DNA of 64,000 nucleotides from Candidatus Altimarinota bacterium (GTDB lineage Bacteria; Patescibacteriota; Gracilibacteria; UBA1369): NCBI GenBank assembly GCA_963677745.1, contig OY782391.1, positions 800,001 to 864,000 of the forward strand, read 5' to 3'. Shown piece by piece: positions 55,910 to 64,000 of this stretch (position 1 is its first letter; each line of letters starts with the position of its first letter). The notes under the pieces were generated by a model. It saw only the letters and a program-made list of their open reading frames with translations, ran no database searches and was not told where the DNA came from. The position numbers and the translations under genes were made by a program.

Positions 55910-57433
55910 ATGCCGGTCAAAGTGTTTTCCTGCCTGGTGCAGGGAATGGAAGGAAAATTGGTGGAAGTGGAAGCGGATATTCAACGTGGGATGTCCGCCT
56001 TTGTGATTGTGGGATTGGGGGATCAGTCCGTGCAGGAAGCCAAAGAACGTATTCGTTCAGCCATACGCAGCAGTTCGGTGGAATATCCCGTGCAGAAAAA
56101 AATCATCAATTTGGCGCCGGCCAGCCTCAAAAAACAGGGACCGTCTTTTGATCTGCCCATGGCAATCGGGCTATTGGCGGCCTCGGGGCAGCTGGCCGGC
56201 GCCGCTCTTGCCGAAACACTTTTTGTCGGAGAACTGGCCCTGAACGGTGAACTTCGTCCGATTCCCAATGCTCTTTCCATTGCGATATTTGCAAAATCCC
56301 ATCAATGGAAAAGACTGGTCATTCCGTCAGACAATCTTCAGGAAGCATCTCTGGTGGCAGATCTGGAAATAATTGGGGCAAAGCATTTGCAGGAATTGTT
56401 GGCCCATTTAAACGGGACACACCCAATTATTGGAAATTCCGCTCTGGAAGGGGACCCGCCCGCCGCCGTAGGGCCGGAACGTGCTGTCGGTTATCTGGCC
56501 ATCCAGGGGCAGGAAGAGGCCAAAAGAGCGCTCAAGATTGCGGCGGGCGGAGGACATCATTTACTGTTGTATGGTCCGCCGGGAGTGGGGAAGACCATGT
56601 TGGCAAAATCATTGCCGGAGCTTCTGCCGGAATTGACCAACGAGGAACTTTTCCAGACCATCAGAATCTATTCGGCGGCCCGTTTGCCCACGGCCAAATT
56701 ATTCTCGCGCGCCCGGCCTTTCCGGCAGGTCCACCAATCCAGCAGTTTGATCAGCATCACCGGCGGAGGCAACCCTATTGAACCCGGGGAAATTTCTCTG
56801 GCTAATCACGGCGTACTGTTTTTGGATGAATTTCCGGAGTTTCCGCGCACTGTCATCGAGTCTTTGAGACAACCGCTGGAAGAACGGGAAATATATATAT
56901 CCCGGCAGGGACAACAGGTGTCCTTCCCGGCCAATTTCACTTTGGTGGCGGCCATGAATCCCTGCCCCTGCGGCCAGAAAGGCAACCCGGAAAAAGCATG
57001 TAGCTGCACCCCGGCCCAGATCCGCCAGTATCGTCAAAAACTTTCCGGACCGATTCTGGACCGGATTGACCTGACGGTTTGTCTTCCCCGGAAAACGGTC
57101 AAACTGGAAGGGGATTTCAGATCGGAAGATCTGGAACAAATCAGGACACAAATAAAAATCGCCCGGGAAAGACAGGCAAGGCGTTTTGCCGGTACGGCCT
57201 TTTGCACCAATTCCGAACTGGGCTCGGGTCATTTAAAAAAGTATCTAAAACTTGACCGGCGGGCGGAGGAATACCTTGAGATAATTTCCGAACGCACCGG
57301 TCTCTCCGCCCGCGGCTATATGCAATTGCTGCGGACAGCTCTGACCATCGCCGACCTAAAAAACCAGGACGGCGTTTCCAATCTGGAATTGGCGGAAGCT
57401 TTCCAATATAAAAGTTCCCAGCTTTTCGATTAA
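55910..57433 (+). CDS. comM: YifB/ComM Mg-chelatase-like AAA ATPase
   Basis: INLAPA, DLPMA, GELAL.G, GPPGVGKT, PGEISLA.HGVLFLDE and AMNPCPCG motifs. Confidence 0.93.
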   Translation: MPVKVFSCLVQGMEGKLVEVEADIQRGMSAFVIVGLGDQSVQEAKERIRSAIRSSSVEYPVQKKIINLAPASLKKQGPSFDLPMAIGLLAASGQLAGAALAETLFVGELALNGELRPIPNALSIAIFAKSHQWKRLVIPSDNLQEASLVADLEIIGAKHLQELLAHLNGTHPIIGNSALEGDPPAAVGPERAVGYLAIQGQEEAKRALKIAAGGGHHLLLYGPPGVGKTMLAKSLPELLPELTNEELFQTIRIYSAARLPTAKLFSRARPFRQVHQSSSLISITGGGNPIEPGEISLANHGVLFLDEFPEFPRTVIESLRQPLEEREIYISRQGQQVSFPANFTLVAAMNPCPCGQKGNPEKACSCTPAQIRQYRQKLSGPILDRIDLTVCLPRKTVKLEGDFRSEDLEQIRTQIKIARERQARRFAGTAFCTNSELGSGHLKKYLKLDRRAEEYLEIISERTGLSARGYMQLLRTALTIADLKNQDGVSNLELAEAFQYKSSQLFD

Positions 57434-57544
57434 TCAAAAAGCTTATAGACAAGGCAAAATCGCCCGCACTTTTCAAATCGCCGGTTTTTCTCTATAATCG
57501 CTGCCGCGAAGTAAGACAGCCAAACACTATCTAATCCAACGCCG

Positions 57545-58798
57545 ATGTTTATTATTCAGGGACAACAGAAACTTCAGGGCACCGTTCAGGTCAGCGGATC
57601 CAAAAATGCCGTACTACCCATCATCTGTGCCGCCTTGCTCACCAAGGAAAAAGTGACTATTCACAATGTGCCCCGGATCAGTGATGTGACAGCCATGCTT
57701 CAGCTGATAGGATCTTTTGGTGCCAAGACCACTTTTGAAGACCACACCATCACCATTGAGGCCAATGAGCTGACTGCTGCCAACGTCGATGAATCCCTGG
57801 TCAACAAGATGAGGGCCTCGGTACTGCTGTTCGGACCTGTTCTGGCGCGCCTCGGCGAACTGGATCTCAGTTTCCCCGGCGGCTGCGTTCTTGGCAAACG
57901 GTCCATCTACTCTCACACTTACGCTCTGCAGCGCCTCGGCGCCGAAATAGTCCGCTCCGACACCAGAATTCACCTGCGCGCCGCCAACCTCCGGGCTACC
58001 AAAATCATCATGCCGGAGATGTCTGTCACGGCCACGGAAAACGCTATCATGATGGCCGTGCTGGCGCCCGGCCACACCGAACTTAAACTGGTGGCCGCCG
58101 AGCCCCACGTGCAGGACCTCTGTCATTTCCTCAATTTTCTGGGCGCCAAGATCAGCGGTATCGGCACGCATTATTTGTCTATTGAAGGCGTCAGCAAACT
58201 GCACGGAGCGGAGTATTCCGTCACCGGCGATTATCTGGAAGCCGGGACTTTTGTGATTGCCTCTCTGATTACCGGTGGTGAGGTCAGGATAGAGGGAATT
58301 CCCACCTGGCAGCTGGACAGTTTTTGGCAGAAACTGGATGAAATGGGAGCCAATTATCAGCTGGAGGACAACGCTGTGATTGTCCACCCGACGCCTTTTT
58401 TGTCTGCACCGACTACTGTCCGAACGGCAGTCTGGCCCTCTTTTGCCACCGATCTGCAGGCACCCTTCTCTATATTGCTGACTCAGGCCGAAGGCGAATC
58501 CAAGGTTTTTGAAACCCTTTTCGAGGGCCGCCTTAATTATCTTACCGAACTGGAGAAAATGGGGGCCAAAATCGAAATGCAGAATCCCCACCAGGCCAAA
58601 ATCTTCGGAAAGTGCCGGCTGAAAGGCGTGCCGATTGCCTCCATCGATATCCGTGCCGGAGCCGCCATGGTACTGGCGGGATTGATTGCCGAAGGCACCA
58701 CCCAGATTTCCAACATCAACTACATCGAACGCGGCTACGAAAATCTGGACGGCAAATTGCGTGATCTGGGAGCCAAAATCAGCCGCGTCGATATGTAA
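57545..58798 (+). CDS. murA: UDP-N-acetylglucosamine 1-carboxyvinyltransferase
   Basis: SGSKNA, MRAS, PGGC, SVTATEN, EPH, DIRAG and RGYE motifs. Confidence 0.97.
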   Translation: MFIIQGQQKLQGTVQVSGSKNAVLPIICAALLTKEKVTIHNVPRISDVTAMLQLIGSFGAKTTFEDHTITIEANELTAANVDESLVNKMRASVLLFGPVLARLGELDLSFPGGCVLGKRSIYSHTYALQRLGAEIVRSDTRIHLRAANLRATKIIMPEMSVTATENAIMMAVLAPGHTELKLVAAEPHVQDLCHFLNFLGAKISGIGTHYLSIEGVSKLHGAEYSVTGDYLEAGTFVIASLITGGEVRIEGIPTWQLDSFWQKLDEMGANYQLEDNAVIVHPTPFLSAPTTVRTAVWPSFATDLQAPFSILLTQAEGESKVFETLFEGRLNYLTELEKMGAKIEMQNPHQAKIFGKCRLKGVPIASIDIRAGAAMVLAGLIAEGTTQISNINYIERGYENLDGKLRDLGAKISRVDM

Positions 58799-58850
58799 TC
58801 GCGGTTGCCTTCTCCGCCGAAACCACCATTCTGCCGATTTTGTTCTAAAC

Positions 58851-58879
58851 TTGACAGAAGGTCTTTACTCACGTAAAAC
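58851..58879 (+). promoter_or_regulatory. Probable promoter of the leader/GCS2/GATase operon
   Basis: TTGACA-17 nt-TAAAAC. Confidence 0.5.
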
Positions 58880-58891
58880 ATAGTTACAACT

Positions 58892-58978
58892 ATGAACAAT
58901 ACTCTCATTACAGCCAGAAACTATTACCGATACTGCAAATTTGCGGGGACTTCGGCTGTGTACCATTATTGCCAGTAA
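58892..58978 (+). CDS. Putative Tyr-rich leader peptide MNNTLITARNYYRYCKFAGTSAVYHYCQ
   Basis: 28-aa ORF translated by hand; 5 Tyr, 2 Cys; sits between the promoter and the terminator. Confidence 0.6.
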   Translation: MNNTLITARNYYRYCKFAGTSAVYHYCQ

Positions 58979-59007
58979 TTTGAGCAAATAATCACAAGTG
59001 ACATTTC

Positions 59008-59035
59008 AAGCCGGCTTCCCCAAGTCGGCTTTTTT
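59008..59035 (+). terminator. Attenuator terminator upstream of the GCS2-like gene
   Basis: aagccggctt-cccc-aagtcggctt stem plus T run, 23 nt before the ATG at 59059. Confidence 0.8.
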
Positions 59036-59058
59036 ATTATATTTTTACATCTACAACA

Positions 59059-59973
59059 ATGAATACTAATCACAATCATAACAGTCACAATCATCGAAAT
59101 AACAATCAGGGAATAGGAATAGAAATGGAGGGTTTTATTGTCAATGCCGAACGTCCTCAGGAAAGGATCGAGGGACTGCCCGCCTCTCAGTGGATTATCC
59201 GGGAATTCGGGAGAAAATTTCCCGATCTGGCTGACCGGGTATCCCCGGAACAAGCCTCGGTAATGCTCGAAATCAAGACCGGGGTCCATCAATCGGAGGA
59301 AGAGGCGGTTGCGGAATTGTTTAAAATCCGTGCTCTGATCAATCAGTGCCTGGGACCACAGGGCTGCCAAATGATATTTCAACCGGTGTCCAAACAACGC
59401 TTTGATTTTGTTCCGGCTGATCTCTCGGAAGGCTCCAGATCCAGGCAACTGGTTGAGGCCTGGTCCAGGACAGACCAGGGCAGCCGTCTGCTTTTCAAGA
59501 CTGCCACTGCTTCCTTTCAGATTAACGATTCCAGAATCCCGGATCCGCCAAAAAACGGCGATATCTTAGCCTTTGCGGCCAGGGTGCATAATCTCTTTAC
59601 CGCCAACCGTGACTTTCTGACCGGGCAGAATTCTGGTATCACCGACTGGGAGGGCAAGACCAGACTGGAACAGGCAATAGATTTGCTGTCCTCGGTCAAA
59701 GCCCGGCAATTCGAAAAGAGGGGGCTTCCGGCGATAGAATCACCCTTGCCCCGGCCCTTTGCCTCAACGGAGGATTTTGCCGCCTGGAGCTGTGCCCATT
59801 CCGACGTTGACGAAATTGGTCAGGCCGATCCCAAAAACGAGCATGCCGTGACGGTCAAGGTCAAAAGGACCGGACCGGTAATCGTGGAGACCAGGATCTT
59901 TGATGCAGTTGAAGATCCGCAGATAATCAGACATTTAATTCGCATCAACAGCCAGTTACTTGCTCAATTATGA
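59059..59973 (+). CDS. Glutamate--cysteine ligase (GCS2)/carboxylate-amine ligase-like protein
   Basis: GIEME, E.....LEIKT, S.QIN and VETRIFD motifs. Confidence 0.65.
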   Translation: MNTNHNHNSHNHRNNNQGIGIEMEGFIVNAERPQERIEGLPASQWIIREFGRKFPDLADRVSPEQASVMLEIKTGVHQSEEEAVAELFKIRALINQCLGPQGCQMIFQPVSKQRFDFVPADLSEGSRSRQLVEAWSRTDQGSRLLFKTATASFQINDSRIPDPPKNGDILAFAARVHNLFTANRDFLTGQNSGITDWEGKTRLEQAIDLLSSVKARQFEKRGLPAIESPLPRPFASTEDFAAWSCAHSDVDEIGQADPKNEHAVTVKVKRTGPVIVETRIFDAVEDPQIIRHLIRINSQLLAQL

Positions 59974-60713
59974 AAAAAGCACATCCCAACTTACTGCTGA
60001 TAGACCTGATCACCGACGACCATAGCATCGACTACCTGCAAGAGGTTGAAATGTCTCTGGGGGCCGGTGCGGCCAAACATAATCTCAGGCGGCTGCACCT
60101 GCCCACAGAGGAAATCGGGCCGGAAGACCTCCGGGACGCCGATGCTATTCTGCTCTCCGGCTCTACAAAGTCGGCCCATCAGGATTTCCTCTGGAAGGAG
60201 CGATGCCATCAGGTTTTTGACCGCATCATCGAGTCCGGCAAGCCGGCTCTGGCCACCTGTTTTTCGGCGCAATTTCTGGCTATTCATTTGGGGGGCAAAG
60301 TGGAAGAAAATCCCCGGGGAATTGAGTTTGGTCCGATTCAAATCAAACTGACTCCTGCCGGGGGGAAATTCAATTTGCTCCGGGAATTTGAACAGGAAAA
60401 ACATCTGTTTGCCAGCCATAAAGACTGCATTACCTCTTTACCTGACAATTGCCTTCTTTTGGCCTTCAATGACAATGCCTCCGTGCAGGCATTTTCTCAC
60501 GGAAATATCCTGGCCACGCAATTTCATTCCGATATTCCGATACAGTCGGCTCGGCATCTGCTCACCACCCGGAAACAACAATATCTGGCTCAGTCAGTAA
60601 TAAAAAGTGAAGAGGAATTTAACCGCCTGCATCAAAAACTGGAACAGGCCACAACAGAATCGCATCAGTTTCTGTTAAATTGGTTGCAAATGATCGTGGA
60701 TAAAAAAAACTAA
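59970..60713 (+). CDS. Class I glutamine amidotransferase (gamma-glutamyl hydrolase-like)
   Basis: LSGS, P.LATCFSAQ nucleophile, H.D and TQFHSD motifs; ATGA coupling to the upstream gene. Confidence 0.88.
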   Translation: MKKAHPNLLLIDLITDDHSIDYLQEVEMSLGAGAAKHNLRRLHLPTEEIGPEDLRDADAILLSGSTKSAHQDFLWKERCHQVFDRIIESGKPALATCFSAQFLAIHLGGKVEENPRGIEFGPIQIKLTPAGGKFNLLREFEQEKHLFASHKDCITSLPDNCLLLAFNDNASVQAFSHGNILATQFHSDIPIQSARHLLTTRKQQYLAQSVIKSEEEFNRLHQKLEQATTESHQFLLNWLQMIVDKKN

Positions 60714-61543
60714 GGGATATCCAGCGCAATAGTTCCTTCCAGATCCGTCCGGAAAATTTCCGCGCCGATTTTGCGGAAATTTTCCAGAGTGCCGGCAAAA
60801 GGATGCCCGAAACTGTTGTCTGCTCCGCAGGAAATCACCACGCGCCCCGGCCCGACCCGCCTCAGCCACTCCACCGAATTACTGGTCTTGGAGCCGTGAT
60901 GGCCGGCCTTGAGTAGCTCCGCCTCCAGCCGCAGGCCGGGGCGCTCCAGCAATTCCTTCTCCACTTCTTTCTCCGCGTCGCCGCTGAACATCGCCGCAAA
61001 ATCCCCCTCTATCAGTCGGAAAACCAGCGACGAATTATTGATGTTTTTAAATCCCCGCCCGTTCAGCGGCTCCGCCGGATAAATCAGATCCAGTCCCACC
61101 CGCCCGATCCGCAAATCCCGTCCGCCGCCCGGATACCAAAACTTCACTCCGTTTGCCGCCGCCAATTCCAGTAGCCGGTCGTAGCCGATATAGTCATATT
61201 GGACTCCGGTCAGCAGCAGATTTTTCACGCGGTATCTGCCCAGCACTTCCACCAGCCCGTTAATATGATCGGCATGGGGGTGGGTTAGTATCACCAGTTC
61301 CAGATCCCTTTCATAATAGGGCAGCAGACTACCCATTTTCTCCAACAGCAGATCGTCCGGCCCTCCGTCCACCAGTATCAGCTCCCCGGCCGGCAGTCGC
61401 ATCAGGATCGCATCGCCCTGCCCGACATCCAGAAACCACAAATGCAGCCGTCCGTCAGGCAAACTCTGCCAGCCCCACAACGACAGCACCAGCACGGCCA
61501 CGACTGCCGTTATAACCCCGCCTGTAAGTTTGTTTTTGCTCAT
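60710..61543 (-). CDS. ComEC/Rec2-like metallo-beta-lactamase fold protein
   Basis: DVGQGD, THPHADH, NNSS, GDA, HHGS and GHP motifs. Confidence 0.92.
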   Translation of the reverse strand: MSKNKLTGGVITAVVAVLVLSLWGWQSLPDGRLHLWFLDVGQGDAILMRLPAGELILVDGGPDDLLLEKMGSLLPYYERDLELVILTHPHADHINGLVEVLGRYRVKNLLLTGVQYDYIGYDRLLELAAANGVKFWYPGGGRDLRIGRVGLDLIYPAEPLNGRGFKNINNSSLVFRLIEGDFAAMFSGDAEKEVEKELLERPGLRLEAELLKAGHHGSKTSNSVEWLRRVGPGRVVISCGADNSFGHPFAGTLENFRKIGAEIFRTDLEGTIALDIP

Positions 61544-61590
61544 ATCGAAATTATCCCCGCCCGCCTTTTCCCCAAAATAAAAAATAGCTA

Positions 61591-61621
61591 AGAAAGGCCC
61601 CGCCGTAGGCGGGGCCTTTCT
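61591..61621 (-). terminator. Terminator hairpin
   Basis: agaaaggccccgcc-gta-ggcggggcctttct. Confidence 0.8.
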
Positions 61622-61647
61622 CGCTCGCTTTTAACAAAAACTAATAA

Positions 61648-63228
61648 TTATTTTTTCTTCTTTCTGGTGAAGAAAGCTCCTGCTCCGGCTGATCCGAACA
61701 GTAGGAGTACCAGACCCGGACCCGTCTTGGGCAGGGTCAGATAGGTGATCAGACCTTCACTTTCATTGCCGGCTGCATCCTTGGTGGTCAGTTTGAAATA
61801 GTAGACCATGTCGGATTTGAGGTTTTCGAATGAATAACTGCTTTTGTCCTTACCAAGGACAACGCCCGGTCCGTAGGTCGTACCGCGGTCGGTGGACATA
61901 TAGGCGACAAAATTGGCTACATTGGCCATTTTTTCTTCCTTTGGTTTCCAGGAAAGGTCAACCATCATGTTGGCCAGGGCCTTGGCAACCAAATCACTGG
62001 CTGCTTCTTCAACCTGATTGGAGGTGGTTGTAGTTGTGGTAGTAGTAGTTGTGGTTGTATCCGAAGTTACAACGGCGGGTGCAACACCTTCAAAAGTGGT
62101 TGCGGAATTGGCAACTTCCATGGCGTTACCGGCCAGATCCTTAACCTTGATCACGATCAGGTTATACGGCTGTGCCTGTAAATTTTCAGTGGTCAAAGTA
62201 GCCTTGGTACCATTACCGCTGATTGCCACCTTGGTTACATTGGTAATCTTGGTGTTGTCTTTGACATCGGTAATAATGAAATTCTCGGCGGCATTGGTCA
62301 GCAAAGTGACCGGTTCGGAGAAAACCACTTCCACAGTATTTCCGTCCAGGGCCTTGACGCTGGTCAGTTTGGGGGCCTCTGCATCGGCGGCCGGCTTGGT
62401 CGTGTCGACCGGAGCTGCTACCGTATCTACGCCCGTGAACACGGCGGTATCGCTGGTTCCACTGACAATCGGATTCCCGGCCAGATCCTTGATTTGGATT
62501 CCGGCAGTCAAAATGTATTTTGATCCTTTTTTCTGATCGGCTGTGGTCAGAAGCACTGTCTTATTGGTCTTGTCGGTTGCATCCAGTTCAGCCTTATTTA
62601 CAGCCAGTCCGGTACCCAGAAAATCATCCTTGATCGAGAAGGAGGCCTCCGGTTTGGTTGCTGATAAAGCCACGCCCTCGGAAAAAGTTACTTTCACCAG
62701 GTTTTTGTAGACTGCCCCGGCACTTACAACTTTCGGAGCTTCCTTATCGTCCGTGGCCGGTGTCGATGTGGCACCTGCGGTTGCAGTGGCACTGGCCTCG
62801 GTGCTGTAGAATTCGCTTTCATTTCCGGCTGCGTCATAAGCGGTTACCGCAAAATAGTAGGTTTTACCGTTTTCCAGATTCTTGATGTCATAAGTCAGAA
62901 CATTCTTTACATCAATCGGACCTTGGGTGTAGCTGGCGGAATCGGAGGACACTGAATTTGGTCCATAAAAGATTTTGTATCCGGTCACCCCCACGTTATC
63001 GGTGGCGGCGTCCCAGCTCAGGGTAATCAGCTTGTTCTTGCCGACGGCTTTGACATTACTGACGTCCGACGGATAGGCTGTATCGGCGGCAGCTGCCACA
63101 GATTCGGGGATGGGTGTCTCATCGGCGGCCAAGGCTAAATTGCCGGCCAGCATCGAAATTCCCATAGCCAACAGCATCAGCCAATAGAGTTTTTTAGTCA
63201 TAGGTTTGTTGTTACTTTTTGTGTTCAT
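61648..63228 (-). CDS. Secreted FN3/Ig-like surface protein with LPKTG sorting-like signal
   Basis: Signal peptide; FN3 (WDAATDNVGVTGY, AYDAAGNES), two Ig-like repeats, Thr linker, LPKTGP-TM-RKKKK. Confidence 0.88.
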   Translation of the reverse strand: MNTKSNNKPMTKKLYWLMLLAMGISMLAGNLALAADETPIPESVAAAADTAYPSDVSNVKAVGKNKLITLSWDAATDNVGVTGYKIFYGPNSVSSDSASYTQGPIDVKNVLTYDIKNLENGKTYYFAVTAYDAAGNESEFYSTEASATATAGATSTPATDDKEAPKVVSAGAVYKNLVKVTFSEGVALSATKPEASFSIKDDFLGTGLAVNKAELDATDKTNKTVLLTTADQKKGSKYILTAGIQIKDLAGNPIVSGTSDTAVFTGVDTVAAPVDTTKPAADAEAPKLTSVKALDGNTVEVVFSEPVTLLTNAAENFIITDVKDNTKITNVTKVAISGNGTKATLTTENLQAQPYNLIVIKVKDLAGNAMEVANSATTFEGVAPAVVTSDTTTTTTTTTTTTSNQVEEAASDLVAKALANMMVDLSWKPKEEKMANVANFVAYMSTDRGTTYGPGVVLGKDKSSYSFENLKSDMVYYFKLTTKDAAGNESEGLITYLTLPKTGPGLVLLLFGSAGAGAFFTRKKKK

Positions 63229-63423
63229 GACTTATAGGTTTAGATTTTTATTTTTATAAATCTTAGTATTGTAGCATGGAATTCACGAAAAATGAAGACT
63301 TGAGACTAAAGTGTTGTCTAATTCAAGGTTGACACAGAAAAATAGTGTTTTGCTATGGCTCGTAACAGGCTTTCCAAAAGCCAAAATTTCAATATAATGT
63401 AAGCCAAAGAAACCAGCTAAAAC

Positions 63424-64000
63424 ATGAAGATAAAACTAGGATCGTCAATCGCTCAAAAATTTCCGGGGGTGGGTTACACGCTGATATTGGTCAAAAACGC
63501 TGAAAATCTGCGTAAAATTTCATCGCTTTCACAGCTCCTGCGCGGTACTGCCGTCGTTACCAAAAACGAACTCAAAAAAGTCGACCGCAAAAACCTGTTT
63601 TCCCAGGTCACGGAGCAGATGACCGCCGAAGGCGCGGTTTTTCTGGAAGGGTATCTTTTGGCTAACCGCGTTAAGAAAATACTGGCCGGCAAGGAAGTGG
63701 AAGGTAAAAACAATTTGATTAATCTGGTCGGTTTTCTTTCCCTGAAATATTTCCTGCCCATTCATGGTTTTGACCTGGATCAGGCGGAAAAAGACTACCG
63801 TTTACACCTTTACCAACCCAAAAAAGGCAAGAAGGCGCCGGATCTGGATTTCCTACCTGAAACCAGAAATTTTGTTTTATGGTTCCCCAATCTGGGCAAT
63901 TGGAAAGATGAAGAAATCGACAGATTTGTCCTGGAAATCGATCAGTGTCTGGCCAAATATTTCCATACCGGCATCACCGAGGTTTTTCACCTGGATTCCG
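63424..64000 (+). CDS. B3/B4 (PheRS editing-like) domain protein, runs off window
   Basis: Hand translation MKIKLGSSIAQKFPG...NNLINLVGFLSLKYFLPIHGFDLD; absent from the ORF track because no stop lies in the window. Confidence 0.65.
   Translation, partial: MKIKLGSSIAQKFPGVGYTLILVKNAENLRKISSLSQLLRGTAVVTKNELKKVDRKNLFSQVTEQMTAEGAVFLEGYLLANRVKKILAGKEVEGKNNLINLVGFLSLKYFLPIHGFDLDQAEKDYRLHLYQPKKGKKAPDLDFLPETRNFVLWFPNLGNWKDEEIDRFVLEIDQCLAKYFHTGITEVFHLDS

Noticed and set aside
62021-62062. Possible microsatellite
   Set aside because: Mixed-codon poly-Thr linker, not a perfect slippage repeat.
1-64000. Genetic code 25 (TGA=Gly)
   Set aside because: Conserved genes are full length under code 11 and several end at TGA (e.g. 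def, murD, 7022, 38251).

Overview
Chromosomal window from a Patescibacteria (CPR)-like bacterium, most plausibly Peregrinibacteria-like. This is inferred from the CPR-type pilin, DUF4012, PilX, SLH and LPxTG proteins, archaeal-type ProRS and AT-rich Shine-Dalgarno-less starts; TGA is used as a stop, so it is not genetic code 25. Housekeeping genes (prfB, def, ybeY, lysS, dnaB, proS, murA, tRNA-Pro) and cell-wall genes (murL-murD2, FemABX, a PAP2/polyprenol-kinase fusion) are interspersed with accessory loci. The strongest candidates for new biology are: (1) a dense, partly helically phased TG(T/A)C(T/C)A repeat array (31755-32101) directly upstream of an HTH/coiled-coil/C-terminal-TM protein, a possible centromere-plus-membrane-tether module; (2) an 11-kb locus with a 1960-aa EF-hand/coiled-coil/pre-toxin-like protein flanked by two related small helical proteins, an ssrA-tag-like protein and a 1212-aa repeat protein; (3) an unannotated Tyr-rich leader peptide with terminator/antiterminator ahead of a gamma-glutamyl-ligase-like plus GATase pair; (4) a high-GC myxobacterial-type surface protein gene; (5) two apparently catalytically degenerate enzymes around a TrmB regulator. 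No CRISPR, rRNA, integrase or transposase was seen. All family calls come from motif recognition by eye, not database searches.
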